Assembly: GCA_051362555.1 (NCBI GenBank) | Contig: CM120643.1 | Location: forward strand, 7,564,001 to 7,628,000 | Direction: 5' to 3' | DNA from: Lingula anatina | Lineage: Eukaryota > Animalia > Brachiopoda | DNA: 64,000 nt | Shown: piece by piece, positions 1-13,221 of the stretch | Numbering within the stretch: position 1 is the stretch's first letter | Layout: each line of letters starts with the position of its first letter | Program-made: the position numbers and the translations under genes | Notes under the pieces: model-generated | The model's database searches: none | What the model was told of the DNA's origin: nothing | The model's input: the letters and a program-made list of their open reading frames with translations, nothing else

Positions 1-2184
1 GGAACCCAAGGAAGTTTATTCTTACCATGCGACATAACCGCATATTCACAATTTTAGAAAGTCCCGTTTTAATACGTGTGGGCAATTCTGCAATAACTCT
101 TAAAAGTATCATAATTTGGATTACAGCGTTTACAGTTTATTGTACATTTACGTTTCGCTCATTTCTTCCTTTGAACCCACAATAAAAGATTCCTGAATGC
201 ATTTTACGTATTTTTCTATTCTAAAATTAACTTCTTAAAAATTAATATTTGTATTAAATTTTATATGAATAATCATGCATTTTTAAGTGCACAGCAAAGC
301 GTCTTATTACATATTTGCCCACACATATAACTTTACAATCAAACATTGAACCGGTCGTACTAGCACCGTGCTCTGCCTGGACTTTACTTAATGATAATTT
401 TACAATTACTTTCATTTTCATAGATCACTTGAGCAAGGCACTTTTTTAACCTCAAAGGTGTCGTTTCAGATTCGAAAACTGGTCGGTCTAAACAAAAATT
501 TAAATTACAATAAAAACATCGTGCGAGGATAGAGTGCTGTACTACAACTTATTTACACATGTATAATAATAAACCAGCAACTTGCAAGGTTGACGCTTGG
601 ATTTAGTCCATTTTATCGGAAGTTTCATGAAAAAACCACTCGTTACAAGCTGCACTTCATTTGATACACGTTTTGATGCAGAATATTACAACCCAAAGCA
701 CACATTTCAAACCAAAGCAAATGTCAACCCTGCAAGTTGACTATACGACAAACTTCGGCACACAAGACAATGTTGACATGGGTGCGGGCGCTAGCGAACA
801 CGAATCTGATGTCTTTTCTGGGAGTGCGTCTATTCTCTTCGTAGACGGTTGTTATGAGGCACTGAAATTAAATGAAAATGAAATGGATTAAACAAAATTC
901 ATAACAATATCTTAGGATTTGACAAAGTGAAATACATAATATTAATAATAAGCTTGATTGGTTTTTGGCTTTCTTAGTTATACATTATTTTGCGTATTTT
1001 GTGGGTAGTGTGATATAAATTCAGGATTTTATTGCTACATGTACATGTGCTTATTAAAACCTCTTCAGAATGATTCTACCAATTACTTTATTCCCTTGCA
1101 TCCACACTTAAATAAATTCGTAATCCGAATTCTGGCACTTTAGCTCAACTTTTTAAAAATCAAATACTTTATGCAAACAATTTATTTCAGATTATAATAT
1201 CAAGGACGGTATGTAATCGAAATTGCAATCAGAAAAAAATGAAGTCAAGGGAGGTCGACAGTGCCAAGCAAATATACGTTTGCTTTCCTGGTCGCGGCTA
1301 GTTCTCTATAAAATAATTTGTTTATTGTCAGTTAACTTTAATAAACAGGATATATTTGTACAGGCCACTGTCAAAAAATAAAAAAGGCACCCATTGGGAG
1401 CTGAGAATGTTACAGTAGTTACCTGCTTTGTCGTCTTGCTTTGTTTAAGACGGAAAAACGAGTTCAGACCTTTGGACGGCTGGAATAATCTTCTCACTTC
1501 TTTATGAGCAAATACTTTCCTTCTGGAAAAAGCAATATAAAAAGTTATTTAACTTTCCAAGCTCATTTCGGCATTCATGTCAATGAATTTTATCCAAGAG
1601 CCATTACGTCAGAAGTGGGAAATGCATACTTTTGGATAAAATATCGTCATCATAAAACGCTCAGTGTTGACTTACATCATCTATACAGTACTTACAACAA
1701 ACTACATCAGTTCTCAGTGCCAAAATTTCAGTCTACGTGTGGAAATTGTGGCAATGTGGCACGTGAAGCTTCTTCCTCTTCCTTCTGACCTTGGTCCTAT
1801 CTGAATACCTCTCACCAAAATGCTCACCTGGTTTACATAATAGCACTGACTGTGGGATTGTGTTAGAGAAGACATGATGCGGCTTAACGCAATCTAAACG
1901 TTATCATCAGGTTATTGCACAAACAAACCATTTTGTTTTGTCCATCTATAGACCTTCATCCCAAATAAATGAGGTTTTTATTATTAAAGCATCCCAATTA
2001 AAACATACTGTCGCCTATTGCTCTAGCACTGTAAATATTTAACACTAGAGTTGTGGCGACTAAGGTTTGTACATGTATATCTAACATTTTAATTTTTATG
2101 CAGCAGTGCATATGAACCCAAATATGCTTCTTAGAAAAAATAAATCACATAAGAATCAGTTTACTGAGTTACGCATCCCACAGT

Positions 2185-3835
2185 CAGTGTTTTCTGATTT
2201 CATTGTTTGTTCTCTGTTGTCGCGACTCTGTGGTTGCGTGCGACGTTGTATATGTGTGCACGCTTGTTTTTACGTCGCTTATTCTTCTTTGTTACGTTAA
2301 AATGATACATACGTTACCGATACATACGTTACCATGAAGCGTGTAAATATTTATTCTATTTTCATTGGTTTTCTTTCGCTTTGTGGGCCAACACTTATGT
2401 CTTTTATTTGTGTTTCATTAAAATGGTGTTGGCGCACAAAAGGAGAGACAACCAATGAAAATGGAATAAAAAATATTTACACGCTTTATGGTAACGTATG
2501 TATCATTTTAACGTAACAAAGAAGAATGAGCGACGTAATAACATGCGTGCGCACATATACAACGTCGCATGCAACCACAGAGTCGCGACAACAGAGAACA
2601 AACAATGAAATCAGAAAACAATACCTTCACGTTATTTGGTAACGTATGTATCGGTGACGTATGTATCATATAAAGAATTTCAACAAACGGTTTCAAGACA
2701 AGTAATCTTTACTTGCCCTGCTTTTCCTTCTTATTGTAATGTTGTATACCGTAAGAATAAGGCGTTTGCTCACAAAACGGACAACAAACAATAAAAAATA
2801 AAGGTATTTACACGCCACATGGTAACTATTTTCATTGGTTGTCTTTCGTTTTGTACGCCAACACTTACGTCTTGATGTTACATTAAAATGAAAGAAAACG
2901 AGACAAATAAGATTTCTTGCCTTCTACTATCTGTGAAAATTGTTCATATGATACATACGCTACCGATATATATACATGGCCAAACAATATGAAGGTGTTG
3001 TTTTCTGATTCCATTGATTGTTGTCACGGCTTTGTTAGTGCGTGCGACTTTGTACATGTATATTTGCGCACGTTTGTACGTCGTTCATTCTGTTTGTTAC
3101 GTCAATATGATACATACGCTACCGATAAATACGTTACCATGAAGCGTGTAAATATTTATTTATTCTATTTTCATTGGTTTTCTTTCGTTTTGTGGGCCAA
3201 CACTTATGTCTTAATGCTACAAAAAAATGAAAGAAAACGAGACAAATAAGATTTCTTGCCTTCAACTATCTGTGAAAATTGTCCATTTGATTCATACGTT
3301 ACCGATATGTACGTGACCAAATGATATGAAGGTGTTGTTTTCTGATTCCATTGACTGTTTTCTGTTGTCACGACTTTGTGAGTGGGTGTGACTTTGTATA
3401 TGTGCGCTTTTCGTTTTACGGCCCTCATTCTGATTTTTTACGTTAATATGATACATATACGTTACCAAATGACGTGAAGGTATTGTTTTCTGATTTCATT
3501 GTTTGTTCTCTGTTGTCGTGATTCTGTGGTTGCGTGCGACGTTGTATATTCTTCTTTGTTACGTTAAAATGATACATACGTTACCGATACATACGTTACC
3601 ATGAAGCGTGTAAATATTTATTTTATTTTCATTGATTTTCTTTCGCTTTGTGGGCCAAAACTTATCTCTTTTATTTGTGTTGCAATTAAATAGTGTTGGC
3701 GCAGAAAAGGAAAGACAACCAATGAAAATATAATAAAAAATATTTACACGCTTTATGGTAACGTATGTATCATTTTAACGTAACAAAGAAGAATGAGCGA
3801 CGTAATAACATGCGTGCGCACATATACTACGTCGC
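2185..3835. repeat. Foldback/complex repeat built from two 100-140 bp modules in both orientations, punctuated by GATACATACGTTACC
   Basis: 2188-2400 is the reverse complement of about 2425-2670; the same modules recur at 2990-3470 and form a second hairpin at about 3480-3835. Confidence 0.85.
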
Positions 3836-4150
3836 TGACTTGATATCTGTAAGATTCTGTGCAGGGAGAAATGGGAGACATGGCCTAGTTTTTTACCTCT
3901 CAAAAAGTTTGCAATATACTTTGTCTTTCAGTGGTCCCCGATTATTTAATATTACCAATGTTATCACTTTGAACCGCATAAAACACTTTTTGGAAGTAAA
4001 AGAATCATATTAGAAACTATCACTACACTTTCTTTTTATCATTTTATTTTTATTCATCTTAGTATTGCCACTGACATATCTACTAGTGCCTTAATTTAGG
4101 ACTCATTCCCAATGACACTATTGATCTATGTAAATTGATCCAACTCCACA

Positions 4151-4280
4151 GGGACTCTTGCTGAATGCAATTGGATTGGCTCGCCTCCTTTTGTTTATAA
4201 CATGCTTTTTTCCATTTTCTACTCAAAGCTAGGGGGTGGTATGCTAATCTCTTAATCTGATTACATTCAGCAAGAGTCCC
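4151..4280. mobile_element. Small MITE with about 27-bp terminal inverted repeats
   Basis: GGGACTCTTGCTGAATGCAATTGGATT ... AATCTGATTACATTCAGCAAGAGTCCC. Confidence 0.6.
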
Positions 4281-4786
4281 CCTAAATTGATCTACCTAGA
4301 CAGATAAAACACTGAATGCACTCTTATTTTTATTGGGACTGAGTTCTTAGACCTAAATATTCTTGCACAGTCATATAAATAAAACAACAACAATAAATAA
4401 TAATATTATAATTTATTTATAATTAAAAGTTGGTTGGTACATTGATAATGTTGAAATGATAATTCTCAGAAAAACAAAGGCCAAATACATTTTCAAGAAG
4501 TACATTAAAATTGAAAGTTATGTATAAAGTTTATGAAATTATATAATTACCTAATATAAGTATGATAAATAGTGACAAAAACTTCATTGTAGACTTTCAA
4601 TTTAATTTTCAAAGACATAAAAACAGTATTCATACACATTTGCACAGTACTTTTTACTTACATTTTTGCATTAAAAATTCCCCATGTAAATTTATATGTC
4701 CTTTGTAATATTTCATAAGGAAACAAAAGTCTGAAATTCACAGCAAAGAGACTGTTGCCACTTTATAAATGTTCTCTCTCTGATCG

Positions 4787-5014
4787 CTGTATATCATGTC
4801 CACAGTGTGTTCAGGTATTTCCATATGAGACTACAGACACATATACAACTATGATATCATCACTGTATATCATGTCCACAGTGTGTTCAGGTATTTCCAT
4901 ATGAGACTACAGACACATATACAACTATGATATCATCACTGTATATTACGTCCACAGTGTGTTCAGTGATTTCCACATGAGACTACAGACACATATACAA
5001 CTATGATCATCACT
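4787..5014. repeat. 76-bp tandem repeat, 3 copies
   Basis: Unit CTGTATATCATGTCCACAGTGTGTTCAG... starts at 4787, 4863 and 4939. Confidence 0.95.
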
Positions 5015-5178
5015 GCACTGATGAATACAATAGTCACATCATATTACCTGGTTGGGGTTATGTGTGTAAATGAAATATCTTCAATATGACAGTAAGTGTA
5101 AATGCAACTCTCAAGTGGTGAAAAGCTTTAAAATTTTTATTGATCAAGTATCCTTCATCAGTTTTGTATAGATATAAG

Positions 5179-5346
5179 CAGGCCCGTAGCCAGCAATTTC
5201 AAATGAGGGGTTCGTTTTCTGAAAATGTGGACCTTTTACCATAAAACCTTCATGTACCTAGATCAAATTTTATCCAAAGTGGACCTTTTCCCAGCAAAAA
5301 GGGCCGTTCTTTTGAACCCCCCCCCCCCCCCCCGGCTACGGGCCTG
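5179..5346. mobile_element. MITE with CAG...CTG termini and 5-bp TSD
   Basis: TIR CAGGCCCGTAGCC / GGCTACGGGCCTG flanked on both sides by ATAAG. Confidence 0.85.
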
Positions 5347-5395
5347 ATAAGCATGTTTTACCCCCTACCCAGGTTCTGTATGATATTATTTGTTA

Positions 5396-5589
5396 ATGAG
5401 CACTTTCAGAACAGAGAACTAACAGATCCCTGGATCAAATATGGTGACCCACTCAATGCTAATGCTTGTTGCTTAATCCCTGTGGGGAATCTATTCAGTG
5501 TCTAATCAGGAATTAAGTGGCAAGTTTTTTAGTGGGTTGCCATATTTGATCCGCAGATCTGTTCGTTTTCTGTCCTGAATGCGGCCAAT
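5396..5589. mobile_element. Diverged MITE with about 57-bp TIRs (possibly Harbinger-type)
   Basis: TTCAGAACAGAGAACTAACAGATCCCTGGATCAAATATGGTGACCCACT is inverted at 5531-5589. Confidence 0.65.
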
Positions 5590-6674
5590 GAGGCATGAGA
5601 GAGAAAATATAACAACTATAAGAAAATATAATAGGAGTATGAAGTTTTCTTAGTATTTAATTTCTGTTTCTCACCTCTCTTTATCTATGCCTCTCTACAA
5701 CTTCAACCCAGTTTCTCTTAAATAAAATTCTGCACTAATGAGCTAAATTAAATAAATAAACATTCTTTGATTACAAACAGCTCCAGAATATTACCAAGTG
5801 GGAATTTACTAGGTACCAGTACTTATAACAGGCATTAACAATGTGAAGATTCAGTCATCATTCTGACTTGCTTTATTCAGTACTAATTTATTAGCACTGC
5901 TTCAGGCAAGCTAACTCAATATATAACTTTGGATATTAAGATAAGAAAATGCCTTGTCATTTGATTCAATTTCATTAAAAAAACTAACAAAAAATTACAA
6001 AGTAAGCACCAAAAGTAATAATAAGTACTCATCTTTTATAAAGACTACGTACAATGAGATCACAACATTAGTGTACATACTAGTATAAAAGCTTCAGTAT
6101 ACTTACTGCAAGATGTTGCTTAATTCTTTATTTAAAGAAATAACAAAATGATTTTCTGCATTTCACTTATACAAAATTGCTGCAGATATCTTTTATACTT
6201 AATTATCTTTGGGCAAACCATAAGATGAGCACTACCATAAGACTAGACAGCAAAGCTGGCAAAATATACAGACACAAAATATTCACCAAAATACACACAC
6301 ACAAAAAAGAAGAAATAAAAAAAGGTTTGATAAGATTCTGATTTTTTTACTCATTCACAGTTGGGGGAGGCATGCACAAATTGGGACCCGCTTCACGAAG
6401 CAGTAGTTTGTTAGTGACGGATAGTAGGCCTCTTCCTAGTTATGAGTGCAGTTTTACGAAGCTATCACTAGTTCTCTCACTCATTATTGTGTTGTTGTTA
6501 CCATGGATATTTCATGACTGGTCAGTACGATGAAACTCTAGAGTTTCATCATACACATGCGTATTAAATGAAAAAGAAAGGTTGCAATGTGGCGGCTGTC
6601 TTTCTTGCTATCCGGGCCACCAGAATACAAAGGAGACAACAACGGTTTTATCATAGAAAAAACCATTAAAATTT

Positions 6675-7978
6675 ATGGACGCTGGAGAAATATTCAAAAG
6701 ATTCTGCCTGTCTAGAAGAGAGGTGGATAGGGTCGTGAAGATCCTGCATGACAATCTCATAACATCAACGAAGAGATCTCACACCCTCTCCCCACAGGCA
6801 CTAATGCTCAATGTTTGCAATATTTTGCAACTGGAAGGTACCAGAGAGTGGAGGGAGATGCTACTCTAGGATGCAGCAAGGGCAGCGTCTCCTGGGCCAT
6901 CCAAAGGCTGGCAAATTTAATAGCAAAATCACAAAATGAGGATATTGCTGTCAAGTTTCCTACAGATCCCAAGGAAGTTAAAGCAGTGAAAGTGCACCAG
7001 CAGCACAACTAGCACAATGTCAGTCTATCCACACATGATTAGCATAGGTGAAATGTAGTCATGTGACCTGCTAGCTTTTACCATGCAGTAAAAAGACATT
7101 TTGAATGCAAGAGACAGGCAGGACCACATTTTGGAAGTTAGAGATAGGCAGGACCTAGTAGGAGACCTTAAGGGAGTCAATGGTAAGTTAATGTCTACAC
7201 TTGGTTTACTGGATGTTAATGTTTTACAGAATTCATGTTATTGGCTTATTTAGTAGTGCAAGTTTTCCAAAGGTAAATCAGTATAAATTGTATGTGTGGC
7301 AAGTAAGTTAAATTGTGTTTAATGTCTATGTAATGTTTAAACCAAGAAGTAATACGTTCATCTACAAATATGTATACAATTAACCTGGGATAAGGACAGG
7401 TGTGCATTAAGTATTTGGTATTTTGATCAAGCTGTCAAAAACTGTAGTATAATGAACTTAGTGCCTAAGCAATCATTTATTAAAACTTGTGTGGTATACA
7501 AATAGACATATATAGTCCAGCCAGTAGTATATGGGTTACCCTCATAATTGTTCACAGTTAGTCACCAATAAGGACTTGAATAGTTATTGTGATTTGCAGT
7601 CATGCAGATATTATGCACAGGAAGAAAGTATAATAAAGGTGCATTAGAAGATATTGTGAACATTTGATATATATTACAGGTATTTTAACAGGTTTTAACA
7701 ATTGTCATAAATTTATAAATTTATTTATTATTGTTATTTGTTTCTTTTTTAGTTTCACAGTTGATTGGATGTTTGAAAGCAACAATAAAAGAACACTTCA
7801 ACCCATTTTGTTGCCTGTATGTACAAAAGGATTTCATGATGATGCCAGCTTTCCAAATGTCTTGGGATGCATCGTCAGGATACTCATCCCTATTCTGGCT
7901 CCTATCGAACAACGGTACATCGGGAGAAAAGGCTTCCATTGCCTCAACATACAAGCAGTGTGTCATCAAATATTGAGG
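6675..7978 (+). pseudogene. PIF/Harbinger (HARBI1-like) transposase remnant, frameshifted and interrupted
   Basis: FKRFCLSR...RSHTLSP, QYFATGRYQRVEGD...GCSKGSVS, KFP, then FPNVLGCI...PILAP...YIGRKGFHCLNIQAVC match the Harbinger N-terminus and first DDE block; the catalytic DG is lost. Confidence 0.85.
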
Positions 7979-8344
7979 TAAGTAGGCTAGATGCTTGAAA
8001 AAAGAAATCATCTGAAGTGCACTTGCAATGACCTTGACCATGTGCAATTTGTAAACAAAACGACTTACACATCCTCGAAGAGAGCAAGATGGCGGTGTGT
8101 GATGAGGACGGTACTTGAGCTTTGAGTAAACCATTGGCAACAGGCAAAAAGTCTGTATACTTTGCCACCAAATTCTTTACAAATGCACTTTGAACTGCGG
8201 AAGAAGAAGCTAAGAAAGAGATCAGGACTCAAAGTTTTCTGCGTGGGTCTTCTTGAAAGCTTTTTCATCACTTGTTGATCGAGACACCATGTTACAAGGG
8301 AGGTGAGCGTCACTAAGAATGGCAGAAAAACTGAACATTTTGTG

Positions 8345-8535
8345 GCATTGCCAAACAGTGTATATAGATGGGACTTTTCGTGTATGCCAGAGGCCCTATA
8401 AGCAATTGCTGTTATTGTTGGCAATTTTAATGGGTATGGGCTGCCACTAGTCCATGCCTTGATGTGCAAAAGGACCATGGGTCACTATAGACAAGTGCTT
8501 CAAGCGGTGTGCAAGAGAACAAGGGAACTTACCCA
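8345..8535 (+). pseudogene. Mutator/MULE transposase fragment
   Basis: Manual translation VYIDGTFRVCQRPYKQLL (frameshift) IVGNFNGYGLPLVHALMCKRTMGHYRQVLQAV matches the MULE DGTF...QL...P.V.AL motif. Confidence 0.75.
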
Positions 8536-8936
8536 CCACACAAAAATCTCTCGAGGCTGTGTTTTTGTGCCATTGGCACGCACAGATTTGTAATGACACA
8601 CTTTTTCAATAGCAGAGCGTCCCAAGGGCACATCAAAAATAAATAAAATTTAAATACAGTAAAAAAATGGAGTTTGTTTGTTTGTTCAACATATTTTAAA
8701 TTGTTAAAATTGTGTATTTTTAAACCCACCAAAATTTTTACCAAACTTGGAACAAGTGTCAGTCAGGAAAACTGCACTTCAAAGTTCTAATCTCGTCTAC
8801 TGCGCACTTTCTCTGCATGGAGAGTATCTTCTCTGCGTAAAGAGTACACCAGAAGTTATATGGCCACGTCAAAGCTTTCTTTTTTTGGCCGACGAGAGAT
8901 ACTCAGAATCTTGGTAATGTACTAGACAGCGGGCTG

Positions 8937-9179
8937 ATGGCAGATAATGGTCTATGGCAGCCTCCACTAAGTGGACCTTCGTCCAGAAGGAAGTTTCAAC
9001 TCAGTTGGCTTCAGAGATTCCTGTGGCTATGCTTTGACAAGGAAAAATCAACCATGTGGTGTGCACCATGAAAAAAGGCAGGCAAATGTAATACAATGGC
9101 CCTGGGAGTATCATCCAACTTTCACACCAGTACACTCACCTGCCATGTTGGAATGACCGACCATGTGTATGCTATCCAG
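8937..9179 (+). pseudogene. TTF-type zinc-finger exon (hAT transposase/ZNF862-like N-terminus) with in-frame stop
   Basis: RRKFQLSWLQRFLWLCFDKEKSTMWCAP*KKAGKCNTMALGVSSNFHTSTLTCHVGMTDH; TGA at 9069 replaces the second Cys; GT donor at 9180. Confidence 0.8.
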
Positions 9180-9602
9180 GTAACTTAAATAAATTTTATT
9201 CTGATTCAAAGTCAATTAAAAAAAGAATGATTAAGTGTTTTCACGTGTGCAGCCTACTAAGAGATACACGCATGCATACAGGGAGTTGAAATCATAAGAA
9301 CTGAGAAGGGAAGACCTTTTTGAGTTTCTTGTGTATTTGGCCTTGAGCAAGGTACTACGTTTTTGGTGGGATAAGCAGTCAATTAACACTAAAATTATGT
9401 CTTTCATTTCTATCTGTGTTGTTTTGAATAAAATTTGGTATTTTATTGCCAAGTTTATGTACCATATGATATAGAAATTATTATGCAAAATAGTGGGATT
9501 GCATTTTAGTTTGAGTATCACTGATTGTTATATAGCTGAAGTTTGTAGACCTTTATTTGTAGGCCTGTAAGAAGTCAATATCAATATCAACATATATTGC
9601 TC

Positions 9603-9606
<4 letters not shown>

Positions 9607-9670
<64 letters not shown>
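9607..9670. repeat. (TA)n microsatellite
   Basis: About 32 perfect TA units. Confidence 0.98.
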
Positions 9671-9675
<5 letters not shown>

Positions 9676-10947
9676 CAACGAAACATTAGAGTCCATGCTG
9701 ATGAAAGTGACAGGAAGACATGATTGAGACCAACAGTTACAGCACGTTAGCTTTTGTTATAACACTGCTAAAAACAATACCACTGGATACTTGCCCTTCT
9801 TGATTGGTCTTAAACCCACATTCCAAACTAAGTAAAAAAAATGACCATTGAGTTTGATTTTTCTTTTCAATTTATGCTAATGTACATTGAAAAATGATCT
9901 TATAATGGAGACCATGTGTGTTGCGTAAACGCAATGTATCATTCATTTGAAATACTGAGATGGTAAAATGACTAAATATTCCTATTAGTAAGCAAAAAGA
10001 AGCAGTTAAAAGAATCTTTAAGATTAACTATCATAACGGCACATTTGAATACATCACTGGGTTCCAAAACATGACATGTTGCCCTCAGTCCTGTACATGT
10101 GTTATAATTTTATGATGTTATCATGAATGTTACAGCTTGGCAATAATAACCAAGGGACTAGAAACATGGAACAAGATCAAAGGATAATTGGCTTACTGCA
10201 AACTCTTCGTGAAATCATGTGCATTTGGATCATGTGACCTCCCGTACAAATAGTGAGCATATTGTGGTTGTCGATTAACTTTTGTGTCATTTGGACAGGT
10301 AGAGGCAGTTTTTTGTGCGGATGAGACGATAACGCTTACAGAGATTAAGTACAAGTACAATATGTTCTATTAGGGCTGTGTACCGGTACAGTACTGTAAA
10401 AATCAATTAGGTACGGGTCCAAAATACCGGATCATGAAGTACCGGTACTGTACTGTTATACATTTATACCAAGTAATGAAGTATGTGCTTATTTTGTGAA
10501 TGAAAGATGCGTAAATCCTACCACAAAGACAAAAAATTGGCACTGGAAAAGAAGCCTATACATTAATCATAAAGTACAACTAGAGCAGACGATACATTGT
10601 AGAACTTTCCCTCCATAATGTACATATCGTCAGTCATTGAGTGCAGTTATCGTCTGACGTCAATCATTTTCTGTTTATCGCTCATTCTTCACAGTCTACA
10701 GGCAATCTGTGAATATTTGAGCTGGTAAATTTTAAATTTTGGTTGTCCATGCTGTTAAATAATATAATAGCACAGAATATATAGATTATATTGCAAACCC
10801 CTTTCCATTTTTTTTTTGGCATGAGTACAAGCAAAATGTGAACATACTCGTGGAGATATAGCTGCAATAAATAATTAATAAATAACTGATTATGTAGATC
10901 AAATGATATTTATTATCATTGTAATTTTAATTCTGTTCTTTTCAAAG

Positions 10948-11432
10948 ATGCCAGGAGGGAGTTTTTGTTGTGTTGTCTCATGTAGTGCCTCCTCACAGAA
11001 ATGCAAGGGTCTTTCTTTTCACAGCTTGCCTAAGAAAGGTAAAATTGATAAATAATAATCATTAAGAAAACCATTATACCATAACCTCTCCCCACCTTTT
11101 CCTCAAGTGAATAACTAACTACTTTCTCAAGAATTATTAAATAAAATATTATTTCAAGATGGATGTCATAATGCACATTTTATACCTTCAGAGCAGTACC
11201 TCCATGCCTGTTTATATGCTAGATTGTTGATTTCACAAAGAAACTCCCATTCCCAAGTAAAACACTTTCTCTACTTCTATGAGTTAATCTTTTTATATCC
11301 ACAGGGGTATCTGAGGTAACAGATAGATGGAGGACTCAAGTGATCCAATGCATTAACAAATGTGACAGCTTTTTTAACCCCGGACAAAGCCATGATCTGT
11401 TCTAGGAATTTAGAAGAGGATTCTTTTATAAA
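10948..11432 (+). pseudogene. Two-exon THAP zinc-finger domain, copy 1 (frameshifted, His lost)
   Basis: Exon 10948-11038 MPGGSFCCVVSCSASSQKCKGLSFHSLPKK, GT-AG intron, exon from 11305 ...DRWRTQVIQCIN...FNP(fs)DKAMICSRNLEED. Confidence 0.8.
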
Positions 11433-11565
11433 ATGTACAACGCACCAACATAGCACTGTACAGAGATTTAGGAAGAAGGTTGGTTGGGTGAAGAGTGGGA
11501 AAGACTACTGTCAACTTGTAAGGTTGATCAACCGTCAGAAAGGAGTAAACTGGTGCCAGAATTCT
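11433..11565 (+). pseudogene. Tc1/IS630-like transposase fragment fused to the THAP exon
   Basis: STVQRFRKKVGWVKSGKDYCQLVRLINRQKGVNWCQ resembles the HTH-to-linker region (STV.R...GW...YCQL.R..N..KR..WC) of Tc1-like transposases. Confidence 0.6.
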
Positions 11566-12229
11566 TTTTTTTTCTTCAGAAAGCCAAAAGAAGGATGCAG
11601 ATCCTGTCAGCCCAAGGGTGGCAGACTAAGATGCCGCAGGCACAAAGCAAGAGCGCCAATGCTATCAAGTACATGTCTAGCAAGGAAAGCGACAAATTTG
11701 CCCAGGTTAAACGTACCTTAGGTGTTTTATTGAAAACAGCTCAGACAAGAGCAGAAGGTTCCTGCAAAACAGGAAGACTGGAGCAACTCACATCAAATCT
11801 GTCCTTAATTGTCCAGAGGTTATGTCATGGTTTGTAAAAAGAGATTCACGATTTTACTTGTTTTCAGTTTAACCACCCAGCCACTTAGACTTACAACACA
11901 GATGATACAAAAAAAAGTAGAACTGGAATCTCATTCAACAGAGGTATGCCATAAACAGGGCTAAACACACACCAACAAACATCATTTTGACCTCGTTTGG
12001 AAATATACATTTACCTGACAGCACAAGGGAAGAAACAATTTCAGTGCCCTAGTGTTTGTCCACTTTAGTGTTACTTAAATTATAGCTAATTTAAAAGTGA
12101 TGCTATAAACTTAGTTGTGTCAGTAACCAATTTTATATTTATTAAATGCTTTCCCAGGTCTACACTGGGGGGGGGGGGGGGGGAGGCACTCAAAGAAGTT
12201 ATTATGTCCATTTCACAATTTGTAGAAAA

Positions 12230-12350
12230 ATGGTCTTCATTCTGGTGGAGTTTATTGATGGAGCTGATGTAGCAATAATATCTGAAAAGTGGATAATGGA
12301 TGATAGAAAATCTGCTTTTTGGCCTCCATTCAGAAAGGAAGTGTCTTCTC
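12230..12350 (+). pseudogene. Fragment of a transposon-associated N-terminal domain (DUF4806-protein-like)
   Basis: MVFILVEFIDGADVAIISEKWIMDDRKSAFWPP fits the V.F....V.++...W.......WP pattern; preceded by a splice acceptor. Confidence 0.45.
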
Positions 12351-12987
12351 TCTGCAATCAAATCACAACTACAGCTCATCTGTGGCTCTGCAAGTTAACT
12401 GGTTGGGGAAAGGGGGAAAGTTGGCTTTTTAGAGCTGAAGAAAATCAGACATCTTGTTGCAAGTAAGTGGAAATAAGTGTTCAAATAAAATGTACTAGAC
12501 ATGACTATCCAAAACTGCACTTGGCTTCTTTTCTTAAAATTTATTAAATTGTCTATCTTTATTGAATCTATTTTATATTATTTTTCAGGGAAAAGTGTGT
12601 TAATGATGCTTCTTATTACTCAATTTTTTATTCTATACACCTAAAAAAACATTTTATGTTTTATTGAAATTCACTGAGTAACAGGTACCTATTTCAATAA
12701 TTTACTAAAAAATGTTTATTGTACAAACTGTAAAATGTTTAAAACTGGAATGAAATTATTTTGTTAGAGAGCTAAATGCATAATTTTTATTTTAACCATG
12801 TATTGCATAATACAATCACCGACATTAACACTATGATATTTAACTATTTAATACATTCACTGACATTAACACTCTATGACATTTAACTAGTTTATTGTTT
12901 TAAGTGAACCATGCAGTCATGTGATAAGGCATCCCTTCAGTCACAAAGTAGAGATTTCTGGAAAGTTAACTTCTTTCATATCTGTAA

Positions 12988-13221
12988 TGCCCCTATTTCA
13001 CACGGACCACGAATCCCACTAATCACCAGAAATTGACATATTTCAGGATTCGTGGTTGAATTGTAATCAGTTCGTGATTGATCAAGAATTGCAAGAACTG
13101 ACTACAAATATATACGAATCTGTTAAGAACTTCACTAACTGATTACGATTCAACCAAGAATCCTGAAATTTGTCAATTCCTAGTGATTTGTGGGATTTGT
13201 GGTCTGTGTAAAATAGGGGCA
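12988..13221. mobile_element. PIF/Harbinger-type MITE with TAA target duplication
   Basis: TIRs TGCCCCTATTTCACAC / GTGTAAAATAGGGGCA flanked by TAA; empty site ATCTGTAAGCTGGGATAC in the paralogue near 32970. Confidence 0.9.

Noticed and set aside
1-1790. Short ORFs at 661-891 and 1504-1788, and a minus-strand CFYC motif suggestive of BIR
   Set aside because: No further conserved residues or supportable exon structure
9069-9071. TGA at a conserved Cys as selenocysteine
   Set aside because: Isolated exon among decayed fragments, no SECIS recognised; a single substitution explains it
6383-10220. Complete Harbinger element bounded by GGGACCCGCTTCACGAAG and CTTCGTGAA
   Set aside because: Only a 9-bp inverted match, no TWA duplication, and the interval contains unrelated TE fragments
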